DNA of 64,000 nucleotides, from positions 27,964,001 through 28,028,000 of the forward strand of contig CM119372.1 in assembly GCA_051294905.1 (NCBI GenBank). The letters are read 5' to 3'. Numbering within the stretch: the first letter of the stretch is position 1; every line of letters starts with the position of its first letter. Origin of the DNA: Botryllus schlosseri. Taxonomy: Eukaryota. The notes beneath the pieces are model-generated. The model saw only the letters and a list, made by a program, of their open reading frames with translations, did no database searches and was not told where the DNA came from. Shown here piece by piece: positions 1-13,800 of this stretch. The translations under genes and the position numbers were made by a program.

Positions 1-540
1 GGTCTACTAGGCGATGTAAAGAAGGCATGCACACTGAATGAAAAGTAAAAGAAGATAGTATAAAAAAAAAGCAAGCGACAAAAAATGGGATGACATGTCG
101 TGGAAGGCGAGATCGATAGATCAGGTCGTGGTCCGGTAATTTTGAGGATGGACTAGTATTTATTTAGTAGTATTAGTTGCTTGTATTTCGACTTGAATGT
201 GGACATGCTCGTTGACTGTCGGATGGCCGGCAGAATACTGTTCCACACATCAGGTCCGGCATATTTGATGGAGCGATGATCTTTTCGGTCGGTCATATGA
301 TATTTGGACGACGTGGACGCTCGTGTGTTGTACTTGTGCGCTTTTGATTCCGAGGTAAAGAAGTCCTTGAAATATTCGGGGCAATGACCTCAGTGGAACT
401 GATACATAAACTCGTCGATTTCTAGTTTCCGCATATCTGCTATGTTTAGGACACCGAATCTCTTCAGCAGCGACTTGTTGGATGGACAACCAGGCCCCTT
501 TGGGGCCCTACGATACGGAGTACGATATATGTTGTAGTTT

Positions 541-3209
541 TTGCAGTGGCACTTCATCAGCCCCCCCCCCCCCCCCCCTCCAAAAAAAACGTTGGTCTTG
601 GGCCGCCCATATGATGATAAACCGGACTTGTGGAGGCCTCGGCCTCCCAGACTCCCCTCAGGCTGTTCGCCGTTTACCGCTACTTATCTTCTACATTGGG
701 GCCTTTTACTGAGTCAGCATTTCTCTTCTAAACGCGCGAAGCGCGGAAAATTTCTATGCGAAATGATTGAATCGGTCAATATGATCGAGAATTACAATGT
801 AATTGCTAATTACAATAATTACAGTAATTACAATATTTGCTATCAATTTTTATTCTCTCTCCGCTCACGTAATCAGATTTACAGGTAGAGCTGAGTGAGG
901 TGTGTTTGAAAACTAAATTAAAAATCCGGCGTATGCCCGTTGGCAGGAACGAAACAGCACTTCGTCAGCCCCCCCCCCCAAAAAAAAACTTTGGGTCTTG
1001 GGTTCCCATAGGGTTATAAAGCTACCCCAATCACGTTGTTCGCTTTTGCCACGAAATTAGTCGTACTGCATAGTGAGTCAGCGCTAAGCGCGAAAATTTT
1101 CGATAATTCATAATAAAATCGCGGTCAATAAGATCGGGAATTGCATATATATTATATATTGCTATCAATTTCTTGTCCTCTCTGCTCACGTAATCAGATT
1201 TACCGGTAGACCTGAGTGAGGTGTCTTGGAAACTGTGGGGCCCGTTGGTATGACTCCGTAACATGATGTTATTTCGTGACCTCCTGTCTGCTATATATCA
1301 AAAAATATAGAATCGCCCAAACGTAGGCTACTAAACTAAAATACGGATACGATTTCAAATTGCTATTTCTTCACTGCATGCAGGGCCGTAGCTGCCGCAC
1401 CCCAAACCCCCCAATTGGGGCGGGGGGGCCGAGCTCGAAGGGGGCCCAAAATTATTTCGTGAATTAGCATAAATTATAGAGTATTTTTTGAAAATTTATG
1501 CAACTTTTTTGAAAATTTTTCGCGCCGTGCGCGATTTCACGTCGCCAAATATCTTTATTATTGGGTCCTCTTCCCCCAAGAAAAAATACCCAAGATTTAT
1601 AGAAATAGGCATATCATCAGCGTTGGTCATTACCGCGCCACGACGCACCAAGACATATAAAGTTTTAGGCCATGTAACATGCGATTCCAAGAAGTGTGCC
1701 AGAATTATCGGCAGCGAGAAAACCTTGGCCGTAAAGGACTGCCCTAATGCTGAGCGAAAATTTCGTTATATATACAAAATACATATGGGTTTAAATGTCC
1801 ATATGGGCGCCTAAATGACTGTCGCCGAATGTTCCTGTATTGGCAATCTGAACCTCTCAAGATAAATACCATATCCCGCAGGATAAAATTATATGCTAGT
1901 GAAGAAATGCCAATCCGAAATCGTGTGATCTTTCAATTTAGTACGTTTGGACGATTCTATTTTTTTTTTATAGCAGATATAGGAGATCACGAAATAACAT
2001 CGTGTAACGAAGTCATACCGACGGGTCCGCCCGCCCGCAGATGTTCAATTATTATTTACGGGCTCTACAGTTTTAAAGACACCTTACTCATCTCTACCGG
2101 TAAATCTGATTACGTGAGCAGAGAGGACAAGAAATTGATAGCAATATGTATGCAATTCCCGATCTTATTGACCGATTTTATCATGAATTATCGAAAATTT
2201 TCGCGCTTCGCGCTGGCTCACTGAACAGTACAACTATAATTTCGTGGCAAAAGCGAACAACGTGTTGGGGGGGAGGGGTCCGTTTATCACCCTATGGGAG
2301 CTCAAGACTCAATTTATTTGGGGGGGCTCAGGGCCTGACGAAGTGCTGTTTTGTTCCTGCCAACGGGTATACACCCGGAGATGTTTAATTATTATTGAGG
2401 GGTCCTACCTTTTCAAACCCAACTCACTCAGATCTACCCGTAAATCAGAATACGTGAGCAGAGAGAGGATAAAAATTGATAGCAAGATATATGCAATTCG
2501 CGATCATATTGTCCGATTCTGTCACTATAAACTATAGAAATTTCTCGCGCTTCGCCCGTTTAGGCGAGAAAAGGTGACTCTCTAAACGGACATTCAATGT
2601 AGCTGATAAATATCGATAAACAGCGTATAGCCTGAGGGGGGTCTGGGGGGCGAAGCCCCCATAAGTTCGGTTTATCACCATATGGGGGCCCCAGGACCAA
2701 CGTTTGGGGGCGGGGTGGGCTGACGAAGTGCTGTTACGGCTCTGACTGTATGGCATATAATTTTTCCCTCCGGGATGGTATTTGTCTTGTGAGGCTCAGA
2801 TTGCCAAGACAGAAACATTCGGCGCCAGTCATTTAGGCGCATATGGACAATTAAATATATGTGTATTTTGTATATAAAACGAAGTTTTCGGTCAGCATAA
2901 GGGCAGTGCTTTTCGGTCAAGGTTTTCTCGCTGCCGATCGTCCTGGCACACTTCTTGGAGTCGCATGTTACATCGCCTAAAACTTTATGTCTTGGTGCAT
3001 CGTGGCGCGGTAATGGCCAACGCCGATATGCCCATTTCTATAAATCTTGTGTAAACCTCGATAATTGGCAACTTGAAATTTTGAAAAAGTTGCATAAATT
3101 TAAAAAAAAAATACTCTATTATTTATGCTAATTCACGAAATAATTTTGGGCCGCCTTCGAGCTCGGGCCCCCCAATTGGGGGATTTGGGGTGCGGCAGTT
3201 ACGGTCCTG
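541..3209. mobile_element. Non-autonomous hAT-type element (CAGGGCCGTA family), host copy
   Basis: Right terminus gcagttacggtcctg at 3209; the left terminus is degenerate. The sequence is continuous across the 1381-2744 insertion when compared with the copy at 53860-53940. Confidence 0.75.
1381..2744. mobile_element. Non-autonomous hAT-type element (CAGGGCCGTA family) inserted in reverse into a copy of its own family
   Basis: Termini cagggccgta...ttacggctctg; 8-bp TSD actgcatg (1373-1380) / actgtatg (2745-2752). Confidence 0.85.
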
Positions 3210-3332
3210 AATATGAGTCTTCCAGGCATGGCATGGTATGGTATGGAACGAGAATTTTCCATACACCATACTTGCCTTACTCTCTCCATACCATACTTGC
3301 AATTTTCCATACCATACCAACATTGTTCCATA

Positions 3333-3380
3333 CAGGGATATCTAGAAGCTCTATCTAGAAGGAGTTTCAAGATATCCCTG
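3333..3380. mobile_element. 48-bp miniature hAT-type element
   Basis: cagggatatct...agatatccctg with perfect TSD gttccata (3325-3332, 3381-3388). Confidence 0.85.
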
Positions 3381-3636
3381 GTTCCATACCATACTTGATA
3401 CATATTCCATACTTTCAAATACTTCAATATCATAAGTATAGTACCTTTTATAGCACCTATATTATTGATATTTCGGATGTCATTATTGCTTAAACTAGTG
3501 AATCTAATTCCTGGTAATAGTTTTACAGAGTCTGTTTTGGTGAGGTTTAGTTCACGCGGTGCCGTGTACATCTACTCTACAGCTTCCGCGAGCAAGATGA
3601 GATAGTGAGCAGATTGTTATCTAGAACTGTCCATAA

Positions 3637-4238
3637 AAGGGACTGGCAAGTGGCAACATACGGCCCGCGGGCCGGATGCGGCCCGCAACAAGATTTTTTC
3701 CGGCCCGCGGACAGTTTCCCGTCTGACATAATAATGTGGCCCGCGGCCCCAGTCTGCCAAGATTCCCCCCTACTTTCCTAAACGTCAAATTTTAGTGACT
3801 GTATGTTATTATATAGGTGTGCGCACTGTGCAGCGTGCGAGAGTGGAGCTTACGCGTAAGTTCGTCGAAGCGAGAAGACTTGCATAATCGGCATTTACGA
3901 TGTGCTGAACCCTAATCAATTGATTCTTGGTAAATCTTGGGTACCGGGCTTATCAAACGCTTTGAAATCTTAATTAAGGATTGCACCGCGAGTTATTTGA
4001 TCAGAAAGAAGCAGACACGGCGGCGCCTGTATGACAATGCTTCTCAAATCAACCTTGAAAAGTCATTATCGGCGAGAAATGGCTTTGAAGTGACATTGCT
4101 GTCGATGAAATACATTCATTAAATACGATTTATTCCTTGTATACATGGGCGAATAATTTATCCATTCAGCAATCCGGCCCGCCAAGTACCTAATTTTCCT
4201 ATTTCCGACCCGCCGACTGGAGAAGTTGCCCGCCCCTG
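3637..4238. mobile_element. hAT (Charlie/Buster-like) MITE
   Basis: ggcccgcgggcc subterminal motifs, terminus gttgcccgcccctg, TSD gtccataa/ttccataa. Confidence 0.75.
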
Positions 4239-5459
4239 TTCCATAAGGATATCATCTCATTTCCGGTACATTGGCATGAGGCACATGCAAGTTTGAAGTA
4301 AATACTCGCAAAATAATTTATAATATAGGCGCACCCATAAAATATCCTAGCTGCGGGCGATCTGCGTGATTATTAGTACAGTATTTGGTTGGGGTTAGCG
4401 TGGCGAGAATTCCAAACTATATCTACCTCACTCCCTGATCTATAATCCTAATGCGAGATCGTTTGAAATATGACCAATAAGATATCTCGGTATATAAATA
4501 GTATAGATGTGCGGACGATGTTTCGGAATAAATGTAATTATCAATCACATTGAGCATTTAGTTCGTTGCATTCATGATTGCTTGTAAGCTGTCGTCACTC
4601 AAGCAATGAGGTAGTTGGAGTAGCCTACATTACCAATTATTGCGTCACATGATAGACTATATGCTCGGAGACGTCGTGTCTAGAGTCTAGACTCGAGAGA
4701 ATATCGGATCGACATACTGTTGTCATTATTACATCACAAAATCATGTCATTCCAAGTGCTCCGAAAACCGTTGCACAAGCGTGTATTTGTTCCTACACAG
4801 CGTTCAATAGTTCACGTTCAAACATAACAAAAGCGATCGTATTCCGTGAACAACGAACAACGTACGCTTCATGAAGCTTGCACAGATCACGATAAAATGT
4901 ATAAAACACCAAAGTATGGAAATGTCGTTCCATACCGTAGATTAAAATTTTCCATTCCATCCCATACTTGCATTGTTCCATATTCCATACCAAAATATCG
5001 ATCCATACCATACCATACTTCCATACCATACCATACCATGCCCTGCTTCCAGGACATGTCCGATCGAGTCCAGTAAAACTCCGAGATATTTGGCATTTTC
5101 TGTGTTGGAAATGGGCTGACCAGCGATGTTAACTGTTAGGTAATTTTTTGAATTTACTGTCTGCAATTGGGATTTCGAGGCGTTTATGCAAAGGTTATTT
5201 TGGGCCGTCCACTCATGCACTTTGGGCGTTTAGTCACTATAGTCAGTGCATCCAGCTCTGCCGTAGAAGATGCGGAAGAGAGGAGGTGAGTATCGTCAGC
5301 AAACAGTGTGGTGTTCAATGAGGAGGTCTCAAAAATGTCGTTGACATATATATGGGTACACCACAGGTCACCAGGTGAGGACAAGGTGTTTGAGATTGCA
5401 ACCATTTGTTGGCGTCCAGTGAGGTAACCTACCAAAGTGGAGAAAATTATTTCCAAGTT

Positions 5460-6056
5460 CAACATAGTGATATAAATATTCATGTAATGGTAGCTACATT
5501 CTTAGACTCTACGATCTTAAAACTTTCTTGGTAGTTCACGGAGTGGAAGTGACGATAAGCAACATGCAAGTTGTGTCACGACGGCGGTCGAGTATCATTC
5601 GTTTTTACACACGCGCGTCATCGAAGAACAACTACCATATGATCAGGACTGAATACAAGAAAACGCATTGCTCTATCAAGTATGCCGGACCCGAATTGTG
5701 GAACAGCATCTCGCCGGCTATCCGACAGTCGTCGAGCATGTCCGCATTCAAGTCGAAATACAAGCAATTTCTTCTAAATCAATACTAGCCAGTCTTCAGG
5801 ATTACCGGACCACGACCTAACATCGACCTCCGCCACATGCCACCTCATTTTGTCGCTTGCGTCTTATATTCACTGTATTACTTTTCATTCAGTGTGCTGT
5901 GCATGCCTCTTATTTACTTCGCTCGCCTAGGCTAAGGTGGGTGTCTGATCTTAATGGCTACTCCAAGTTGTTTCGACACCTTCCTATCTTTTCATTGTAT
6001 CGCAGTCTTGTGATGTTTTGAAACGATAAAAATATTAATAAAACTGATTGATTTAT
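5460..6056 (+). mobile_element. CR1/L2-group LINE 3' fragment
   Basis: ORF2 C-terminus SIKYAGPELWNSISPAIRQSSSMSAFKSKYKQFLLNQY*, then a 3' UTR shared with other copies, aataaa and a TGAT-type tail. Confidence 0.85.
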
Positions 6057-6132
6057 GATATTTAGATTGGAATAATCTTCAATGTATTTTAGGACTAGCT
6101 TTATTTCCTTTTTGGTCGCATAAAAGGTACAT

Positions 6133-6390
6133 ACCGAGCGAGATAGTGTAATGGTTATGCGTCCGGCTTCTCGAGCGGTAGGTCGTGGGTTCGATCCCCG
6201 GCCGGGTCATACCAAAGACTCGAAAATTGGTATCCGCAGCTATCCTGCTAGGCGCTCAGCAATCACGGATAGCATGGAGGAGAAAAAAAACGGGGGCGCA
6301 GACTAGATGACCTCATGGGGCCGTATCGCAACTCCGTCGTCAAAGCATCTCGACGGTGCAGGCGAAAAAGAATATCATCTCTCTCTCTCT
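6133..6390 (+). mobile_element. tRNA-derived SINE with a Meta-like central domain
   Basis: A box tagtgtaatgg, B box ggttcgatccc, then gggtcataccaaagact...ggta...cctgctaggcgctcagca and a (CT)n tail. Confidence 0.8.
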
Positions 6391-7878
6391 ATCTGAACTA
6401 TCCACATTATTCATACTATCATATACTATTGCGGCGTCATCGTGAGCCATACTCGACGCCTAATACCCTTGATTCAGAATTTAATTTTTCTACCGCCCGT
6501 ACTCGCTGGTCACAGAACAGGAATGAGTGACGTTGAAGTCTGTCAATAAATCTTGGTCTATACATACACTATACAGAGCGTTGATCAAAGTAGTTACTCA
6601 AGCAGCCGCACCAGCGACAACGTAAATTTCCACTCAATTACTAGTAGTGATTTCCAAGATATATCAAACTAATTAGAGTGGAAAGTGAAAATGTAGGTCG
6701 GAAAGGTACTAAACAAGGAGTTTTGTCGCATACTTTTGCCGGTAAATGTAAGGTGGCTACTTCAGAAATTGCAAGGCGCATATTTGCGATTAACGAAAAG
6801 GACTATGGGTACAACAAAAAGATGTAACAGACATCAAGTTCTCACCAACCGCAATGGACAATATTTCGAAAAGTTCCGATGTATTTTGATTCCCAATGTT
6901 GAAAAGGTAAAAATGCAGAGTTTGCCAAATACACAAGCGAGACATTGCAAAATATGACTGTAAATAAACTGAAAAGGCATTGATGTCACAAGAAACCCAC
7001 ACAAAATCATTCATCAAATATAAAAATCTATTTTGATACAAGAAACTTCAAGTAGCGGAATTTATTGGAACAGTAATGTATCAAAGAGCTACATTTTGAG
7101 TCGTCTTTAACTACGTAAACAACAAGTGAAAGAGTCTGAATAAAACTTCATAGCATATTGTGCGCATTAAAAATCTGCCACAAATATACACTGAAGATCA
7201 AATATGTTAATAAACTGTCATTGAATTATGAGAATACAAAACCGGGATGAAACATGACAATGCTGGTAGGCCGAATTCAAACCATTATCGATAAGAATTG
7301 AGAAAGAGGACACAAAGAGGTTGAGCACTTTTTCAGACGTATGTGGCCATTCTGTGTTTCAGACGGTTCATGAAACAGGTTGACCGGACGGATAGGTATA
7401 CAGACATGTCATGTAACGTCGCAAAGTAAGGAGCCAATTACAATTCCGACGTTTTGCTGCGAATGTTGCGATATGAAATTCAGTTTACAACTTTATTATA
7501 CTACCTGTAAGAGGGGACATATTCGAGAGAAGCAATGTCAGGTCCGACTCGAAAGTGATTTGCTAAATTAGTATCAGCAGTCCTGGTGATACCAAGACTA
7601 GACTATACTGCTCGAAAATAGCGACTCGAATTACCCATCCCTCATGATTATTGCAAATATGATTATCGCGATACCGAATAAAAAGTGTGATTATTAACAA
7701 AAATTTGGCAATATCAACTGGAAGGTAAAAGCACCGCCCCGGAAGAAGCACTTGTCACAACATTGCAGACAAAATTTCATAGGTCCCACTAAAAACGAAT
7801 TCACCTCGGTCTTCACTATACATTAGTACAAAAAAGCTGCGAGGGAACAGGAATCTTCAACAACACTTCAAAAGAAAT

Positions 7879-10800
7879 CTACTTTTTTGCAATGAACGGC
7901 TTCGTCTGCTGCATAGTTTCGTCACTTGAATCGAGGCATATCGACTCCGGGCTGCTATTGCGCTGAGGTGCGGAATCGACATTGTTTGGACTGCTTCCGA
8001 TCTCTTCATCATGGGCGACTCTGGCAGACCCAGGCGGACGAGAGTTGTAGATAAGCAACGATGCGAATATGACGAAAAACGAAACGATGTACAGTGGCGA
8101 AAACTGTCGGAAAAGCATACATGGTTTGTTAGCCTGCCGTTGAAAACGTTTTATCAACGGGAAGGGGGTGGTCATCCGGTCAATTGTGATCTACCGGAAT
8201 AACGCGGCCCTTTTGGTGTGTAATTGCGGGATCAGCTCTCATCATAGCTCCTACCAAGTGAAAATGACGATATGGACACAAATTTCTCGAGTTCTATCCG
8301 GCAGTCAGTTCAGTATGGCTACAAATTTCATTATTTCAAGCCCACAGGATTGTGATACAATTAAAAGATGGGAGGGAGTCGAAATGACTTGGTAATGTCT
8401 TTCAATCAAACCTCAGTCTTTGCTTAAGACAAGAGGCATGCAAGCCCACTAAACGTGCATAGCAACAAATACAGCAGTATTCAACGAAGCCAAAATCAGC
8501 AATACGAGAGCATGTCGCCACATCTTCAACAGAAGTCACTTTTCACCGAATACCCAATTGTATGAAATTCGATATTGGTGTGCTCGTTACCACTCCGTTT
8601 GAAGTGGGTTCCATTGAAACGAATCAAACATATTCATAATTGTCAATCTGGCAGCAGTATTGACAAATAATGCTGTATTTACGCGATCTAATTCAGTGCA
8701 CTGCACAATGTGCTACACACGGACAAGCAAGATTGTGTTGGTACGTATCAAGCAGAGATGAATTAATACAAAGCAGATGATAACAAAACTATTCGAGAAG
8801 CGTGCATCTGATCAATAACAATTCATGGATCTGACTTCACATTGAGTTGAATGTTCGAATAGACTTTTAGCACTTTCACTTGTCTAGTTGTCATGAAAAC
8901 TGGGCGACTGCAGACATATCAACACTGTATGCCGAGTATAGAGGAGGCTTCAAACTACTGAATTTAACTGCATTCTATTGCCGTTACTCTTATTGCCTTG
9001 GTCGCAAATATGCCACTTGAAATTTTGTTAACTGTGATCGGCGAATGATCATAAAAGTCAGCAGCATCTAATTTTTCAAACTACTTTCGAGTCAGGCATT
9101 CCTTGTCTAGTTGAATGAACTTTCTTAAAACTTACCATTTCTACTCATAATCGAGAATAACCTTATGAAATTACTTTCCCTTGTACCAAAGATCACTACT
9201 TTGCCGATCGTAAGAACATTTTCACCATCACCAACATTGTCATAGACAATAGACAATAGAATTACCTTATAGTGGAAAATGTAGATCCCGACAAACAAGG
9301 CGTACAGATCTGCCGTTAGGATGGACAGATTCACGGTTGCGGCACTGCTCATTTTCATCACCAGCGGCATGCACGTGTACAGGATGAACATGCATGCGGT
9401 GAATCCGAGCAAGACACCACCAGATTCCAGTGACCAAACTACGTCCCGCAACGCCTGTCTTTCTAAGCCGGCTCTACAAAGAAACAAAGTGAAATGAACG
9501 GAAGAAAAGGATTGTTTAGGTGGGCCACAGCCATATTTGTAATATTATGAAACTGGTGAAAAGTCTACTTTTATTTGGCTTGTTTTTTCCGATAAAGAAC
9601 GTTAGCATCTTCCAAATTGATTCTATTTCAAAAGTTTTGGGTGACTCTTTAGGGAGAAACATTGATAAACGTGAGCCAAATGAAAAATTTAGAAATACTA
9701 TTTTCTAGCGTGAAGTAACAAGAGGGCCATGGCCACATTAATGAAATTCTTACAAGTCAAATTGACTGGCAATTGGTAATGATGCATCACTTCTTTGTAA
9801 ACTGAAACCTCTTCCGAAAACAACTTTATGTAAGTAACGCAATATTCACAGTAAGTAACAAATCTTGAACTTACACCAGAACGCCGCTGATAACAGATCC
9901 GAATATTCCATACATTCCCAGCACTTCGGTATGGGCAGCTGGCCGCCCCTTCATGAAGAACTCCATTCCGACATTGGAAAACCCATAACAAGACGCCCCG
10001 GACAGTACAAGAATATCACCAAGCAACGGATTGGGACCTTCGAAATGGTCAACAGGATTGGTAACAAAATGCATCCGACAGAACACGTTACGTTGTTACC
10101 TTGTTTGCTTTTTCCGAGTACCACATCAGCCGTTATCATGCAAGCAACGCCGGAAAGCGCGATACCCGCTCCGACAAAGTGAACAATTCGATATCGCGTT
10201 TTTAACACAAACCACGACAGCGTCATCACGACGGGTATTATGAAACAGTCCAATACCTGAAAATACACTTTGACATGAGTACTACAGTAAAGTTTAGTAC
10301 TATGCTACTGACCGCCTTCGTACGTCAGAACTTAAGTTCTAGCGCTATGCAGATCTAATTCACCTGGAAAGTTTCATTATGCATGGGTATGCGAACTTCC
10401 CACGTCAAATTTTGAATCAGTTCATGATTTCTCACTATATGGGGTCGAAGCGATATATGCAGGGTCGTCATGGATCCCAACATAAGGACAGTCGAAAATT
10501 CTGGTAGTATGGTAATCTAAATCTAAATATTCTAAGTCAGCGGTTCTAAACCTTTTTGTCTCCGCGGGCCCCTTGGGGACCCTCACAGACCGCCACCTTG
10601 TTTTCTTCACATTTAGACCTATTATCGTGTAACCGTCATCTTTTTTGTGCAAATATAACTGTATAGGCTAGTGGTTCCCAACCTGGGCGATATCGCTCCC
10701 CAGGGGGCGATTTTTCTTGTCAACCCGCCGGTGATTACAGTTTGTATGCCCATTTTTCGGTACACAAAATTTGGGGGGCGATGATCGGTGTTGAGCTTGA

Positions 10801-13800
10801 AAAGGGGACGATGGGTCGAAAAAGGTTGTGAACCACTGGTATAGGCTGTTCTAAACAGCAACAAAATGGCTTTTCTTTATAATAACATCATGCTATTTTT
10901 GTAAAAATTGAGTAGACTTAATTATTTCAAAGCTAATTCGACAGCTGCATTTCTTTAATACGTGGTCATGACTTGAAATTCGGCAAATGATAACGGCAAA
11001 CGCTTTCAACGACACCTTTAAGTATGATCGCAACATATATGGCAATAGCACCAAAATGGAAACATATTTTTCAACGAACATATCACGTCCAACCAATAGT
11101 ATTTTCTATCTAGCAGCTCATCTTGAAGTTATTATGGAATAGCGGTTATGTATATTGCAGGTGAAATGGATTTTTAAAAACATTTCGAAGTCACCAGTCA
11201 CCCTGCTCGACCTTAATATACTCCAACTGCTATTTTTTCCGGAAACCCGCCCAAAAACATCTCTAAACATCAATATGCTTGTATCAGTAGGCTATTGGCA
11301 ATTAAAATGAGTTTTCACAGTAGAATATTTCATCTAAGACGGCCATTTTGTTGATGCGAGTCATGAAGTGCCGCAGTGAAGCACAAACTGCCTCGCGATT
11401 TCGCTAAAATAATAAAATAAAAATTAGGTTATCGACCATTTTGCAAATTTAGAGGCTTCACGGACCCCCTGGAAATGCTTCGCGGACCCCCAGTTGAGAA
11501 CCACTGTTCTATGCCCTTAAGTTCTACAAAACTTTTCACAGCTGCTGACTAGAAAGAAAATTGATCACTTCATTCCAGCCTTAAGCAGGGCCCTCAATGC
11601 CAGTTGAAGAGCATTATTAGTTATGTAACTATTGTAACCTATGATGAGCACTGACAATAAGATAGGTATAGAAATAAAGACATTTTTCAAATAAGGACAA
11701 TGTAGTTTTATAAGTAGTTCTCAAACTAAGGATAAATCTTACAAGATTGGTAGGTAGCCTACCGCTAAGAGTGTTGGAGCAAAGTTTCAATATTGAGAAG
11801 ACAGAAATTGAACATATCCAAAATAACCTGTTGCATTGGTTGTATAATTTATCACCAAGCATCCTTGAACATTCAGGAATAACTCAACGTCTAGAATTGA
11901 ATTTCGGTAGCTAAGATAGTACCACTTCTGACAAGATCGAAAATCACACTCGATATCATCTGTTTTGTCTGTGGGCATCAGTGTTATCAAGATAACATAT
12001 GAGTGAAATGACACGAACTATAGAGCAACAGTGGGAACAACACGCTATACCTCACCTGCACACTGGTGAGCGATGTGAATTGATAAGCTTTCACGACAAG
12101 ATAATTTGCCATCACGTCAGTGACTGACAGCAATAGATACTTCCATCCCACTGTCTTGAGAGTCTGAATGAAAAATACAATGTTAAGCAAAGCTGTTAGC
12201 CGTTTGTGCAAAAGCAAATCAAATACGAATCCCTTTTTCTCAATTTTTGGAACGTTTATCTGCACTATTGAGGGGTTTGGACAATGGAGATGCAATAGAA
12301 CCACAAGTAGGTCTGGGCAAAATCGAGAACTGAGTGAGTAGACTCCAAATTGAGTATTTTAGCATCACTCATATGGATAGTCAAATGTGTGGGCTAATAT
12401 TTTTGCGACCACATATAAAGTAATATCAGTTCCATACCATAATTATAATTTGGAATTTTTCTACCATACGTAATCCATTGGACTGAGTGACCTGGTGGGT
12501 TGATCATGTTTTCGAAGAAATGTCATTCCACCAACATGAGTAGCTTCGCACCACATGTCTTGGGTGCTATGAGAAGAGCAAATCAGAGTTCCAAGGTGTC
12601 CACGTTTGGAAATTAGCAGCGAAACTATAATTAAGTATTAAGTGAGTGCCTGGCTAGGAAGAAGAGGATATGGTACTAGTTTCACAGTAAAGTCTACGGT
12701 CTGACTCAGCCAGGGATTGAACCAGCTACCTACCAATCCAGAAGCTACATGCTCTAGCATTGCTCAATCGACTTTGGCGAGGCAGGGATATCTAGAACTA
12801 GTAGTTCTAGATATTCCTGTGGCGAGGCGATAACTGAAGTACATTCCTCACTCCATAGACATAATATGCCAAACATTACGTTACCACATTTATCCTTTCA
12901 AACCAAATGATTGCAAGATTAAGATACGAAGGAGTCAAAAACACTTAGTGAACTCAACGTTAGAATTAAACTCCTTCCACTCAGAGTAGTAATAAACTAC
13001 AGAAACATTGGACACTGACTTGTAAGCTGACAGCTCTACCATTGACAAAACCTGGAAACGTTGTAGGAAGTCAAGATTGTAACGATTTAGCAACACCTCT
13101 CCTGTGATATTCTGAACATATTCACATTAAAGGCGACATCTATAAGCAAAGCATGTGCTACTAGAAGGCATAGATTGTCCCTCAACAACATTTGAAGCTG
13201 TTGCCTCCAATTCAATCAAGTCACATTTAAAAAGGAATGAAATACCTTCTCTACAGCCAGGTTTACTGTGTAGAGATGGTATACCTAATTGAAAGCCACA
13301 CTTCCAGCAATAATTCCATAATAATTTTATAAATATCTCACTTGGAGAAAGATGCTTCGGCCTTCTTCATTTTTCGACGCCACCAAGCGCGTTCCGTAAA
13401 ATAGTGCCAACAGTGAGTAGTTGCATAGCGACTGCGTCAAAGGTATGTTCGCGTTGTAGTTTTGAACCAAGAGATTCGAAGTGATTGCGGTTCCGCAGAT
13501 GAGCAATGATAAAATTTGTCCGTAAAAAATTGGCGTCAATACCTCCCTGAACAGAACATAATTCTAATGATCATCGTACAGAAGGTTGACTTTGAATTGA
13601 TTGTACGGCAGACAATCTGTCCTTTTGATCGATATCTTGGACCAGTTCAAAACAGGCATCAACACACGTCGCTTATTACATTGTATTGAGCACCTTCAAT
13701 AATTGAAATAAATCATTGACTCGTACCGTTACATTAGTTTTTAAATGGCTGACTGGTTCGCCGTATTTAGCCTGTATGCAATTCTGCATATATGCCGCTG

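Larger units (their letters stand above)
3227..5045. mobile_element. Non-autonomous hAT-type element with (TATGG/CCATA)n subterminal arrays
   Basis: Inverted pentamer arrays at both ends, right terminus ccatgccctg, TSD cttccagg at 3219-3226 and 5046-5053. The left TIR is partly lost. Confidence 0.8.
1..5440 (-). mobile_element. Degenerate CR1/L2-group LINE (RT region, ORF2 C-terminus, 3' UTR) split by DNA transposon insertions
   Basis: Pieces 5440-5046 (YLTGRQQ, IYVNDI, LFADDT, KYLGVLLD), 3222-3210 (continues SWKTHI across the insertion) and about 540-1 (LLKRFGVLNIADMRKLEI, C-terminus and 3' UTR homologous to 5670-5930). Confidence 0.85.

Noticed and set aside
3123..5220. ORFs rich in WYGM/YHTIP repeats
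   Set aside because: They are translations of the TATGG pentamer arrays of a transposon.
5046..6056. Twin-priming 5' inversion of a single LINE
   Set aside because: The minus-strand RT piece continues (SWKTHI) at 3222-3210 and then into 540-1, so it belongs to a separate minus-strand copy lying head-to-head with the plus copy.
6133..6205. tRNA gene
   Set aside because: There is no acceptor-stem closure or T-run terminator, and it runs into a SINE body; the same applies to the heads at 29303, 49236 and 56687.
9125..9265. Read-through extension of SLC35F exon 7 to a GTAAGT donor near 9134
   Set aside because: It has no transporter-like sequence and the phase would shift the last exon.
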